In this document: in pieces, positions 7,126-15,998 of the stretch
Position numbering within the stretch: position 1 is the first letter of the stretch
Layout of the letters: every line of letters starts with the position of its first letter
DNA from: Gemmatimonas sp.
GTDB taxonomy: Bacteria; Gemmatimonadota; Gemmatimonadetes; Gemmatimonadales; Gemmatimonadaceae
Reading direction: 5' to 3'
DNA length: 64,000 bases
NCBI GenBank assembly: GCA_031414535.1
Contig: JANNVQ010000001.1
Span: 1 to 64,000, forward strand
Translations under genes and position numbers: made by a program
Notes under the pieces: model-generated
What the model was told of the DNA's origin: nothing
The model's input: the letters and a program-made list of their open reading frames with translations, nothing else
Databases searched by the model: none

Positions 7126-8382
7126 CTACCGCGCGCCCTTCGCGAGCGTGAGCGCAGACGTGAGCGCGGCGGCGACTGAGGCGTCGATCGCGGAGTCAAT
7201 CGCGGCGGCGTGCGCGCGGAGCAGCGGATCCTGCGTGCCCAGTTGGAGCGCTTGCGTCATGGCGACCTTCGCTTCGGCGGGCCGATCGGACTTCAAGAGC
7301 GCCCAAGCGAGGAGATCGTACGCATAGATGTCCTTGCGGTCACGGAGCTCCTCCTCCACACGCTCGAGGACTTCGCCCACGCGCTCGCCCCGGTCGAGGA
7401 GCGCGAGACTCCAAGTCCGGTGGAAGGGACCACTGCGTGCGCTCACAGCCACGTCGAAGGCGGCGCGGAGTTCCTGCGCCTGCACGGCGCGGCCGAGTTC
7501 ACTGTGCGCGCCGGCGAGGAGGAGGATCAGCTCCGGGTCGAGCTCGGCGCCGATCGCGCGTTCCCCCCAGTCGACCACGGCCTGCGCGTCGCCCCGCGCT
7601 GCGGAGAGCCGCGTCATCGCGGCGAGGAGCCGCGAATCCTCGGGTTCGATCTCGAGACCACGCCGAAACGCGGACTCGGCGCGGTTGGGACGGTCGGCAC
7701 GCCGCTCGAATTCGCCGAGCCGGAGTGCGAACCAGGCCTTCACCTCGGTCGGCACATCGGTGCGCCGCCAGGCTTCGTCGAGAGCGTCGGTGAGAAGACG
7801 GCGGGACTCGGAGACCTCGCCGCGCAGTTCGTGCCAGCGGGCGAGCCGCGGCGCGACGGACAGATGGGTCCGCAACGGGCGCACCCGCTTGAACTCCTCC
7901 CCGGCGAGAGCGTAATTCCCGCGCTCCATCGCCACTTCGGCGAGGATCGCGTGATACTCGAGGAGATCAGGGTCGCGGGCGACCATCTCGCGTGCGATCC
8001 CCTCCGCCTCGCTGAAGCGATGCTGTGCGACGAGGGTCGCGACGAGCGTCGCCGACGCGGCGCCATTGCGGTACACGCGACTGGCGAGCGAGCGACGTGC
8101 GAACGCTTCGGCAGTGAGGATGTCGGACCAACCACCTCCTTCGCGGGAACGTTGGAGATGGAGCCCCGCGAGCTGAGTGAGCACGAGCGCGCTGGTGGAA
8201 TCGGCGGCGAGCGCCTTACCCCAGACGGCGATCTGCGTATCGCGCTGCGGACGTTCACTGAATGCGGAGGCCGACAACGCGGCCACCGTGCCATTCCCGG
8301 CACGGTGGGCCGCCCGCACCCCGCCCCAGAGTGCCGCCCCGACGAGCGCGACGACGGGGACGAGATGCAGGCGTCGAATCAT
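7126..8382 (-). CDS. TPR-repeat protein with N-terminal anchor
   Basis: Helical repeats, AQHRFSEA, RKDIYAYDLLAWAL; translationally coupled to the upstream gene. Confidence 0.8.
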   Translation of the reverse strand: MIRRLHLVPVVALVGAALWGGVRAAHRAGNGTVAALSASAFSERPQRDTQIAVWGKALAADSTSALVLTQLAGLHLQRSREGGGWSDILTAEAFARRSLASRVYRNGAASATLVATLVAQHRFSEAEGIAREMVARDPDLLEYHAILAEVAMERGNYALAGEEFKRVRPLRTHLSVAPRLARWHELRGEVSESRRLLTDALDEAWRRTDVPTEVKAWFALRLGEFERRADRPNRAESAFRRGLEIEPEDSRLLAAMTRLSAARGDAQAVVDWGERAIGAELDPELILLLAGAHSELGRAVQAQELRAAFDVAVSARSGPFHRTWSLALLDRGERVGEVLERVEEELRDRKDIYAYDLLAWALLKSDRPAEAKVAMTQALQLGTQDPLLRAHAAAIDSAIDASVAAALTSALTLAKGAR

Positions 8383-8924
8383 CGTGGCGACTCGAGGTAC
8401 GGGAACGTCGCGCTGAAGCTGCGGGTGGACATCGGCACGTTGTCGCTCGTCAGTCCGGCGACGACACTCGCCGACGGATCGAGCAGGTTGCCGAAGATGG
8501 CGGTGAGACCGGCGTCAACCACGTCGTCCTGCAGACGGCGGCCTCCGTATCCGGCCGCGAGCGCCCAGCTCAACCACCCGGCACTGTTTGCCGCGCGGTT
8601 CGGGTAGACAATCAGCATGTCCGGTACGAGCACAGCCACGAGCGTGTTACCGATCGTGTTACCACGGCTGAACGCGTCGGTGAAGCCCTTGATCTTGGGG
8701 CCGAACCCGTTGGCCACGTCGGTCGCCGGGGCGGTGGTGTTGTGCAGGCCGTGGTCACGCTTGGGGAAGAAGACCTCGCTCACGAGCGGGTTGCCGAGGC
8801 GTTCGACTTGGGCGTAGACGCGCTCGGTGTCGGGGCCAGTCACGTTGGTATCGTCGCAAGCGGCGAGGACGAGCGGGAGGAGGAGTGCAGCGCCGAGGAG
8901 GCGCGCGGTGGACAGGTATCGCAT
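8379..8924 (-). CDS. DUF4331-like lipoprotein (C-terminal half of the domain)
   Basis: Lipobox LAAC; QVERLGNP, GGRRLQDDVVD, FPYL. Confidence 0.75.
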   Translation of the reverse strand: MRYLSTARLLGAALLLPLVLAACDDTNVTGPDTERVYAQVERLGNPLVSEVFFPKRDHGLHNTTAPATDVANGFGPKIKGFTDAFSRGNTIGNTLVAVLVPDMLIVYPNRAANSAGWLSWALAAGYGGRRLQDDVVDAGLTAIFGNLLDPSASVVAGLTSDNVPMSTRSFSATFPYLESPR

Positions 8925-8968
8925 GGGTCGGGTTCCGATGGGAGGGGAAAGACGTTCTGTGGTCGGCA

Positions 8969-9682
8969 TCAGCGGCTGATCGTGCCCCAGACGCCGATCC
9001 TGGCATCCGCAGCGGTATTGCTCGTCAGCATGGACTTCGGGAGTTCGATGACAATCGCCAGCGCGTTGAACGGGCGGAGGAGGTCAACGCCCGGGGTCCG
9101 GAACTGCGACGCCGTGGGGGTCGAGGGTCCCGAGAGCGGGCCGGTGGCTGGGCGACGGTCGGGGATGATGTTGAAGAACTGCTCGAGGTCGATTACGAAC
9201 GGATCCGCGCGTAGTCCGGCAAAGACCTGCATGCCGTTGGTGCCGGCGACCGTGGTTCCGATCGTGCCGCGGGCGAGGGGCCCGGAGGTGACGAGCATCG
9301 CATTGGTGCCGGTCATCGTCGGGGCGATGGGGCCGCGGACGGTAAAGGTCTGGCCGGTCGGGCTCACGCCGTCGAAGGTGATCTGGATGACCTGATCCTC
9401 GACCGCGTCCCCAGTCGCATCAATCTTGAACTGATAGAGCAGATTCGGATCGAACGCGGCGTTGGAGCCGGCAATCGGGGACGATGTGGTCATCACGAGC
9501 GTGATGCGGTCGGCGCTCGAGCCCGGGAAGGCGTAGACATCGTTGATGTCCATTCGCGGGTTGAGTTCGACTTCCGGGGTGTCCATATGATCGGACGCGC
9601 GAGCGCGTTCGGTGGCGACCAACGCCACGGCTCCGACGGCGAGCGCGAACGCGGTGCGTGCGGCCCAGCGATTCTTCAGCAT
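8969..9682 (-). CDS. DUF4331-like secreted protein (N-terminal half of the domain)
   Basis: Signal peptide then ASDHMD, DINDVYAF, VFAGLRADPF, GVWGT. Confidence 0.8.
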   Translation of the reverse strand: MLKNRWAARTAFALAVGAVALVATERARASDHMDTPEVELNPRMDINDVYAFPGSSADRITLVMTTSSPIAGSNAAFDPNLLYQFKIDATGDAVEDQVIQITFDGVSPTGQTFTVRGPIAPTMTGTNAMLVTSGPLARGTIGTTVAGTNGMQVFAGLRADPFVIDLEQFFNIIPDRRPATGPLSGPSTPTASQFRTPGVDLLRPFNALAIVIELPKSMLTSNTAADARIGVWGTISR

Positions 9683-9753
9683 ACCAGCTCCTTCGTGTTG
9701 GATCGTGAGTGCGCCCTACCGCGAGAGCGCGGGGAGCGGGGGAACACTCTTGC

Positions 9754-9779
9754 TACGTCACGAGCCAGCGGACCGGATG
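9754..9779 (-). promoter_or_regulatory. Candidate ECF-sigma promoter
   Basis: Minus strand CATCC-N17-CGTA, between the hairpin and the DUF4331 start. Confidence 0.5.
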
Positions 9780-9783
9780 TGTG

Positions 9784-9826
9784 ACAACGCTCACAGAATC
9801 GCAGATCGCGATTCTGTGAGCGTTGT
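9784..9826. terminator. Perfect 19-bp inverted repeat (likely terminator after the anti-sigma gene)
   Basis: ACAACGCTCACAGAATCGC-AGATC-GCGATTCTGTGAGCGTTGT. Confidence 0.7.
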
Positions 9827-9916
9827 GGGCCTACGGCGCGAACGGATGAGTCCGTACTACATCATCTTTTTCAGCATGCTCTTGGCGGCGACCATCGTTG
9901 GCATCACGCCGCGCAC

Positions 9917-10711
9917 TCACGCGGCGGGGAAAGTCCCGGCGAGGAAGGGCGTGGTGGTCGGCTGCGGCGAACCGCCCTTCGGCTCGAGCGAGACGAGCAC
10001 GGCGGAGACACCTGCTGCCGTCGTTGGCACGGTGAAGTCCTCGATCAAGGCATGTCCGTCCGGATCGGAGTTGAACACCTTGATCGAGACGGGCTTGCCG
10101 TCGACGAGCGCCCAGATCTGGTAGTCGCGTCCTGCAGGGGCCGGCGCGAGACGGAAGGCGTGTGCGACCACCTTCCCCTGCTTGGCATTCCAGAAGAACT
10201 GGATTCCGGGCCCTGTCTCACCGGCGCTCGACGTGAGGTGGACCACGTAGAGATCCTTCTCCGCGTCGAGAACGGTGTTCAGCGTACGGTCGCGGTCGGC
10301 GAGTTTCGCGTCGAGCGCCGCTACACTGGAGCGCAGGCGCGCGAGTTCGCCGCGTTGCCGCCAAGCGTCGGCGCCGAGTCCGACCGCCACGACGAGCGAC
10401 GCGGCGAGCGCAATTGGGACCCAGGAGGGGAGGCGGCGGATGGCAAGGACCTGCGTTTCGCGCGCGCCGCGGACGGGCTCCTTGGCAACGGCGGCCAAGA
10501 GCGCGCCGCGCAGCTCCGGGGATGGCGTCACCGAGCGCGCCTGCGCGGCCGACATCGTCTCGGTGACGCCGCGGAAGGCCTGCACTTCGGCGGCGAGCGC
10601 GCGGTCGGTCCGCATCGCCGCCTCGATCGCGGCCGTCTCCTCGGGCGTCGTCGCGCCGAGCGCGAAGAGCGGCGCCAGTTCGCGCAACTCGTCGTGCGAG
10701 TATGTGGTCAT
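9917..10711 (-). CDS. Anti-sigma factor, RskA-like
   Basis: One TM segment; YQIWAL and VSLEPKGGSPQPT RskA C-terminal motifs. Confidence 0.9.
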   Translation of the reverse strand: MTTYSHDELRELAPLFALGATTPEETAAIEAAMRTDRALAAEVQAFRGVTETMSAAQARSVTPSPELRGALLAAVAKEPVRGARETQVLAIRRLPSWVPIALAASLVVAVGLGADAWRQRGELARLRSSVAALDAKLADRDRTLNTVLDAEKDLYVVHLTSSAGETGPGIQFFWNAKQGKVVAHAFRLAPAPAGRDYQIWALVDGKPVSIKVFNSDPDGHALIEDFTVPTTAAGVSAVLVSLEPKGGSPQPTTTPFLAGTFPAA

Positions 10712-11355
10712 GCGCGACTCCCTTGGTCGAGTGGCGCTAGCAGTTCCCGCAACTTGAGCATCCCCAGGCGGATTCGTGTCTTGATTGAGCCGAGCGGTTC
10801 CGCCAACCGCTCCGCGACTTCCACATGCGTGAGTCCTTCATAAAACGCGAGTTCGATCGCCCTTCGTTGCGCGGGCTGCAAGGTGCGGAGCGCCGCATCC
10901 ACTGTCTCGCGCAATTCATCGGCCTCGACCCCGGCACTCGGGTCGCCGTCGATGCTCGTATCGACCAGCACCAGCGGCGCTTCCCAATCCTCTCCGAGCG
11001 GCTCACGTTTCTCGCGCCGTGCGGTCGTGCGGGCAAAGTCGAGCGCCCGGCTTCGGGCGATGCTCGTGAGCCACCCCATCACACTCCCGCGGGACCCGTC
11101 GAACGAGTCTGCCGTCCGCCACGCTTGCAAGAATGCTTCCATCAGCACGCCTTCGGCATCGGAACGGTCCCGCACGAAGCGCATCACCAGTCCGAGCAGC
11201 ACCGGCGCATGGCGGTCGTAGAGCGACGCCAGACTCTGTTCATCGCCGCCCTGCAACCCTACTACGAGCGCACGGTCGTCCGCGGATGTTTCGCGGGCGG
11301 ACGCGGCTGCGGAGGAACGGGACTCGGCTGCGGGCATGGTCGCGGTGAGGGTCAT
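10708..11355 (-). CDS. ECF RNA polymerase sigma factor (SigK-like)
   Basis: LYDRH, WLTSIARSRALD, LAFYEGLTHVEVAERLAEPLGSIKTRIRLG; coupled to the anti-sigma gene. Confidence 0.93.
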   Translation of the reverse strand: MTLTATMPAAESRSSAAASARETSADDRALVVGLQGGDEQSLASLYDRHAPVLLGLVMRFVRDRSDAEGVLMEAFLQAWRTADSFDGSRGSVMGWLTSIARSRALDFARTTARREKREPLGEDWEAPLVLVDTSIDGDPSAGVEADELRETVDAALRTLQPAQRRAIELAFYEGLTHVEVAERLAEPLGSIKTRIRLGMLKLRELLAPLDQGSRA

Positions 11356-11419
11356 CGGCGCATCAACTCAATCAAATGTGGGCCGCGGCTCCGCTTACGA
11401 CAAGCGTCGCGGAACGATC

Positions 11420-11602
11420 TGCCGGCGGCGGTGATCTTCTTCACGAGGCTGTCCGCTGGATACTCGAGCGCAGGCCGTCGCTCGGGATAGAGCCGCGACG
11501 AGCGCCGATAGCGCGAGGCCGGAGTCTCCTGCCCCAACGTCTCGTGCAGCCGCTTATCGTAGTACTCGTGCTGGAACGCGTCGAAGTTGCGCTGCTGCGC
11601 GG
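11420..11602 (-). pseudogene. IS481-family transposase fragment
   Basis: Minus strand reads AQQRNFDAFQHEY...HETLGQETPASRY..S.RLYP.....EYP...VKKITAAG. Confidence 0.65.
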
Positions 11603-11607
11603 TGCGG

Positions 11608-11790
11608 GTCTTCCAACGCAGTTCCGAAGCCGAGTCGCTTGCGCGGCCGGCGATTGAGTTCGTGGCCGATGCGTGGGCAGTCGCGCTGCGTCAGGTGTTC
11701 CATCGGGACGCCCTTCTTCCACGTACTGGCGAATCAGGCCGCTCGCGTCCTCGTTGCTGCCGCGCCCCGAAGCGTGATGCGGCGGCGCGA
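11608..11790 (-). pseudogene. IS30-family transposase C-terminal fragment (frameshifted)
   Basis: APPHHA..RGSNEDASGLIRQY and MEHLTQRDCPRIGHELNRRPRKRLGF align with the intact transposase at 869-1825. Confidence 0.8.
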
Positions 11791-11863
11791 CGTGTCACCC
11801 ATGCCGCGGACGTCGTGGACGAGAGTGGCGTTCTCACGTTGCCTATCGAGGCCCGTGAGACCA

Positions 11864-13435
11864 CTATCGCGCGGCCGTCGGTATCCGCTTCCTCGGCACC
11901 CGCTCCGCCGCCATCGCCGCGTGGTACACGTACGACGCCATTATCGTCGCATTTTTCATAAGATCTTCCGCCTGTATCCCCTCGAGATAGTCGAGGTTCG
12001 TGTGCCCCGCCGTCCCCGGCGTGCGGTCCTGCAGGAACTGGAAACCCGGGAGCCCGACGTCGTCAAAGGGGATGTGATCCGTGCTCCCCACGCTCTGGTT
12101 CGAAACGGCCGTCATACCGAGATCGCGGAACGGCTGCATCCAAGCGGTCATCATCTCCCGCGCGGCTTCGTTGCCCTGCAGGTAAATCCCGCGGTACTGC
12201 CCCGCCCCGTAGTCCTGATTGAAATACGCCGAGAGCTTGTCGTACGCCGGCTTCACGCCACTCGTCGAATCGCGCGGATCGCCGAAGTGCTCGCGCACGT
12301 AGGCGCGCGACCCAAACAGTCCCTGCTCCTCCCCCGACCACAGCGCAATCCGAATGGTGCGTCGCGGCCTGGCACCCACGGCTTGGAGAATGCGCATCGC
12401 CTCGAGCGCTACCGCCACACCCGAGGTGTTGTCACTCGCGTTGGGACTGCCGTGCCAGGTATCGAAGTGTGCGCCGAGCATCACGACGCCGGCGTTCGGA
12501 TCCGTGCCGGGAATCTCGGCGACCAAGTTCTGCGCCCGTTCCACTCGTTCGCCAATGCGATTGCGAATCTCGACCTCGACCTTCACCGCAATCCCGCGTC
12601 GGAGAATGCGATACATGCGATTGTAGTGCTCCGGAGTGACGGCGAGGATTGGCACCGATGCACGCATGCCCTCGGCGCTCCATCCGTCGTCGCGCGAGCC
12701 CGGACGCGAATACCCGGGCACGATGGCAAGGCGATTACCATCGGTCTGCAGCACGACGGCCACTCCCTCGCTCTTGAAGAAGGCCATCCGTTCCACCGCA
12801 GTGATGAGCGCAGTGTTGGGGATAGCGCGCGGTGGAGACGGGCGTGCCGGAATGATGGCTGTGCGCTCGAGCGCCTGCAGCTGCTCCTCTGTGTAGCGCG
12901 GCACGCCATTGGTGAGCGTCGCGAGGTCAATCACCGCGGGATTCGAGATCAGCACCGCCTTTCCGTTGAGCTTACCGCGATGCGCTTCGAGATCTTCTCG
13001 GGTTTGGAGCTCAACAATCATCGCCTCGGCCGTCACACGTCCTGCTGTCCCCGCCGTGTGCGCGACCGGGTATGCCGTGAGCGGCGTGTAGTCGGGTTCA
13101 AGCATGTGCGCCGAGACGTACTCGTTGTCCCAAGTCACGCCGTAGTCCATGAAGGGCTCGCTCGCGACATTCGCGAGGCCCATCCGTCGCATCTCCGCGA
13201 GTGCCCAGGCCTGCGCACGCTGCATGTCGCGAGACATCGTGAGGCGCGCGCCGAGTACATCAACCATGTAGGACTCGAACTCCATCACGCGCGAACGTTG
13301 GAGGCCTTCCTCGCGGATGCGGGCGACCATTACTGGATCGACGGCGCTGGCGTAGGTGAAGGCAACGGTGGTCGTCGCGATGGCGACGAGCAGGGCGAGC
13401 GCAAAGGGGCGGCGGCGGGAGGGGCGACGGGTCAT
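11864..13435 (-). CDS. M28-family metallopeptidase, secreted
   Basis: LGAHFDTW, ASDNTSG, WSGEEQGL, STDH. Confidence 0.9.
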   Translation of the reverse strand: MTRRPSRRRPFALALLVAIATTTVAFTYASAVDPVMVARIREEGLQRSRVMEFESYMVDVLGARLTMSRDMQRAQAWALAEMRRMGLANVASEPFMDYGVTWDNEYVSAHMLEPDYTPLTAYPVAHTAGTAGRVTAEAMIVELQTREDLEAHRGKLNGKAVLISNPAVIDLATLTNGVPRYTEEQLQALERTAIIPARPSPPRAIPNTALITAVERMAFFKSEGVAVVLQTDGNRLAIVPGYSRPGSRDDGWSAEGMRASVPILAVTPEHYNRMYRILRRGIAVKVEVEIRNRIGERVERAQNLVAEIPGTDPNAGVVMLGAHFDTWHGSPNASDNTSGVAVALEAMRILQAVGARPRRTIRIALWSGEEQGLFGSRAYVREHFGDPRDSTSGVKPAYDKLSAYFNQDYGAGQYRGIYLQGNEAAREMMTAWMQPFRDLGMTAVSNQSVGSTDHIPFDDVGLPGFQFLQDRTPGTAGHTNLDYLEGIQAEDLMKNATIMASYVYHAAMAAERVPRKRIPTAAR

Positions 13436-13574
13436 GGGAGGCAAGTTGGCTGATTCTGCTGTGTGGCGCCACGCCGACGGGAGAGTCATTGGAATGCCTT
13501 GCTTCCGAGCATTCTGGGCGTGACGTTTCCGACGGCCCTCTTGCGGCCGTCATCCGCCTTCCCGCTCCCCCGCT

Positions 13575-13721
13575 ATGACCGACCCCGAACAGCCCGACCA
13601 ACCCACGATCACGCCGGTCGTCGCGTGGTTCTCGGCGCATGGCATGAAGGTGCTCGCCGCGCTGATCGTCGTAGAGTTGATTTTCCACGCCTACGCCATT
13701 TCGAACCGGACGATGCCGTGA
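13575..13721 (+). CDS. Putative 48-aa single-TM protein
   Basis: MTDPEQPDQPTITPVVAWFSAHGMKVLAALIVVELIFHAYAISNRTMP; below the ORF-track cut-off. Confidence 0.4.
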   Translation: MTDPEQPDQPTITPVVAWFSAHGMKVLAALIVVELIFHAYAISNRTMP

Positions 13722-13763
13722 TGACGGCACCTTTCAACGCGACTTCCTGCACAGCGCCTCGGC

Positions 13764-14117
13764 CTACAAGCCGAGCGCTTGTTTCACGTGGGCCTTGATG
13801 AGAACGTTGTCGTAGGCGTAGTCCAAGCCGGGCTCAGTGAACGTCGTGACAATTTGATGCGCACGACACCACGCCTTGATGCGCTGGCGCTGCTCCGCGG
13901 AATAGGCGCCGCCAATCAGGACGAGTCGCACGCGCGCGCGGTGCTTGAGCAGGAGCTCGTATCCCTCTGCTTCGCTCAAGGCCGCGAAGGCGCCGAGGTC
14001 ACCGATCGTGGCTAAATGCCGCAGCACCTCGTCGCGCCGCAACGGGTTGCCACCGAAGATCACCATGACCGGTGCCGTGCTGGATTCTGGTACGATGTGG
14101 TCAATCAATGGAGGCAC
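13764..14117 (-). CDS. Hypothetical protein (receiver-like alpha/beta)
   Basis: Last gene of the doxX-pirin run; RLVLIGG. Confidence 0.6.
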   Translation of the reverse strand: MPPLIDHIVPESSTAPVMVIFGGNPLRRDEVLRHLATIGDLGAFAALSEAEGYELLLKHRARVRLVLIGGAYSAEQRQRIKAWCRAHQIVTTFTEPGLDYAYDNVLIKAHVKQALGL

Positions 14118-14138
14118 GGATACGACTCGGTGTTCAGA

Positions 14139-14861
14139 TTACCCACGCACGCCGCGGTGCATCGGCACCTCAACGCAGATCAGCTCACAGGCGCTGCTTG
14201 CGCTGAGCTCCACTCCGGCGATGTCGTACAGGCCGATGTCATACAGGCCGATGGCGTCGCCCGCATTGAGCGCCTGCCCCGCTACCACTGCGGTGCCCTC
14301 TGCGCAGTGGATATACACACCAGCGTTCTCTTGATGCATGCGATACCGGAGCGCACGCCCAGCGTCCAACGCACAGAGACTGAAGAAGGCGTCTTGACCG
14401 ATGAGAGCGGACCCCTCGCGTTCATCTGGCGAGAGTGCGAGCACGAGCGCATTGCGGTTTGATGCTTCCGTAAAGGCGTAGTTCCCGGAGCGAGGCTCTG
14501 CGCCCGTACGTCGCGGATGCACCCAAATCTGATAGCTATGAAACGGCAGCGCGTCAGACGCATTCACTTCGGAGTGCGCGATGCCGGTGCCGGCGCTCAT
14601 GGTCTGGACAACGCCAGGCTCTACACGACGCTTACCGCCTGTGCTGTCCTCGTGCAACTGCGCCCCCCTCGTCACGATGGTGCTAATCTCCATGTCGCAG
14701 TGCGGGTGCATGGGGAACCCCACGCCACCTTGCACGATGTCGTCCGCGAAGCCGCAGAGTTCACCGAAGTGCGTTTGATTCGGCACGAAGGCATACCATG
14801 ACTGCTTCCATCCGTCATCCCGATGCAAGCGCGACGAAGAGGGGCGATGCAGGACCTTCAC
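14139..14861 (-). CDS. Pirin-family protein
   Basis: GFPMHPH.DMEI, MSAGTGIAHSE.N, QIWV. Confidence 0.92.
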   Translation of the reverse strand: MKVLHRPSSSRLHRDDGWKQSWYAFVPNQTHFGELCGFADDIVQGGVGFPMHPHCDMEISTIVTRGAQLHEDSTGGKRRVEPGVVQTMSAGTGIAHSEVNASDALPFHSYQIWVHPRRTGAEPRSGNYAFTEASNRNALVLALSPDEREGSALIGQDAFFSLCALDAGRALRYRMHQENAGVYIHCAEGTAVVAGQALNAGDAIGLYDIGLYDIAGVELSASSACELICVEVPMHRGVRG

Positions 14862-15238
14862 GCGCGGCGGCGGCGTAGCAGGTGCAGACGCAGCAGACCA
14901 GCAGTCATGGCCAGCAAGCCGAGCACGAGTGGAAACACCGGCGACTCCCCGCGCTTTACATGCACAATCACCGCCCCGCCCATGAGTGCGCCAAGGGCCA
15001 CGCCCGCCACGGGCGAGAGCACCGGCACTACTCCCGTGGCTGCCGGCAGAATCAATCCCAGCGCCCCCGCCACCTCGGCGCTGCCGATTGTCTTCACTTC
15101 GGCGTCACTGAAGTCCGTGGACCAGGCCATGTTGGGATCGGCCCGGAGCTCGGTCCCCGACTTGGCCAGCTTCGTGCCGCCCGCGCCGGCAAAGGCCAGT
15201 GCAACGAGGACTTGGAGTACCCACACAGCTTTGTTCAT
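14858..15238 (-). CDS. DoxX-family membrane protein
   Basis: WVLQVLVA..F..AG..KL, IG.AEV.GALGLILP, MGGAVIVH. Confidence 0.88.
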   Translation of the reverse strand: MNKAVWVLQVLVALAFAGAGGTKLAKSGTELRADPNMAWSTDFSDAEVKTIGSAEVAGALGLILPAATGVVPVLSPVAGVALGALMGGAVIVHVKRGESPVFPLVLGLLAMTAGLLRLHLLRRRRA

Positions 15239-15270
15239 TGGCGCCTCACAGATGCGCGAAGAGGATAATC

Positions 15271-15307
15271 GTCAGGACAAGTGATTGTCAGTAGCTCTGA
15301 CGGTCAG
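15271..15307. promoter_or_regulatory. Candidate MarR operator array
   Basis: Perfect GTCAG-N5-CTGAC at 15287-15301; GTCAG also at 15271 and 15303 (16-bp period). Confidence 0.55.
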
Positions 15308-15348
15308 GATGGCTTATCATAAAGGTCCCCTCCACGACTGTCAACTCC

Positions 15349-15843
15349 ATGCCCCCTCGTCGTCCGCTGCCCCAGGTCGCCACTGACGTCATGTCCCCGC
15401 CACCTGCGGCGGTGTCGAACGCCGTGGGATTCCTCGTCAATGAAGTGGCTGCACTGTTTCGCCAGCGGTTCGAAGAGGTCCTGGCGGCGCACCGGCTGCG
15501 CCGACGCCAATACCTGATGCTGTTGGTGCTGCGCGATGAGGGTCCGATGCCGCAGCAAGCATTGGGTCAGCGATTGGCGATGGACCGCACCACGACGATG
15601 CAATTGGTACAGAACCTCGCGGATGCGGGCTCCGTGAATCGGCACGATGATCCGTCTGACCGACGCGTGTATGTCCTGTCGCTGACGGCGAGCGGCCGAC
15701 GGTTAGTCGCCACGCTTGAAGGACTCATCAAGCGCGCCGAGTCAGAGTTACTCGCGCCGCTGACTGCGGACGCGCGGAAGACCTTCGCGACGCAACTGCG
15801 TGCCGTGCTCGCCGCCAAGGCGGTAGCCGACCGGGCCTCGTAG
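15349..15843 (+). CDS. MarR-family regulator (start uncertain)
   Basis: QQALGQRLAMDRTT...DPSDRR...LTASG; divergent from doxX. Confidence 0.92.
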   Translation: MPPRRPLPQVATDVMSPPPAAVSNAVGFLVNEVAALFRQRFEEVLAAHRLRRRQYLMLLVLRDEGPMPQQALGQRLAMDRTTTMQLVQNLADAGSVNRHDDPSDRRVYVLSLTASGRRLVATLEGLIKRAESELLAPLTADARKTFATQLRAVLAAKAVADRAS

Positions 15844-15921
15844 ACCGTCATCGGCCTCAGGGTGCTTGATGCCTACGCAGGCCGTACCGCGCCTACCACT
15901 CTTCGAGGATGAGCTGTGTAG

Positions 15922-15981
15922 AGGTCTCCTCACCCACAGTTGGGGGTGGGCACAGTGTCGCGCTTACTATTTGAATGCGCG
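15922..15981 (-). mobile_element. Isolated IS30 5' terminus (relic)
   Basis: AGGTCTCCTCACCCAC...CTTACTATTTGAATGCGCG resembles AGGTCACCTCACCCAC...CTTAGTATGTGAATGCGCG at 1869-1928. Confidence 0.7.
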
Positions 15982-15998
15982 CTATCCAGCTTCCGACT

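Noticed and set aside
11396..11419. Autoregulatory ECF promoter (GATC-N16-CGTA) upstream of the sigma gene
   Set aside because: Spacing differs from the 9754-9779 element, and the -35 part appears to fall in the IS481 debris.
11639..13453. Long antisense ORFs (this one, 7210-8607, 22515-23621 and similar)
   Set aside because: They are shadows of well-supported opposite-strand genes in high-GC DNA and carry no recognisable motifs.
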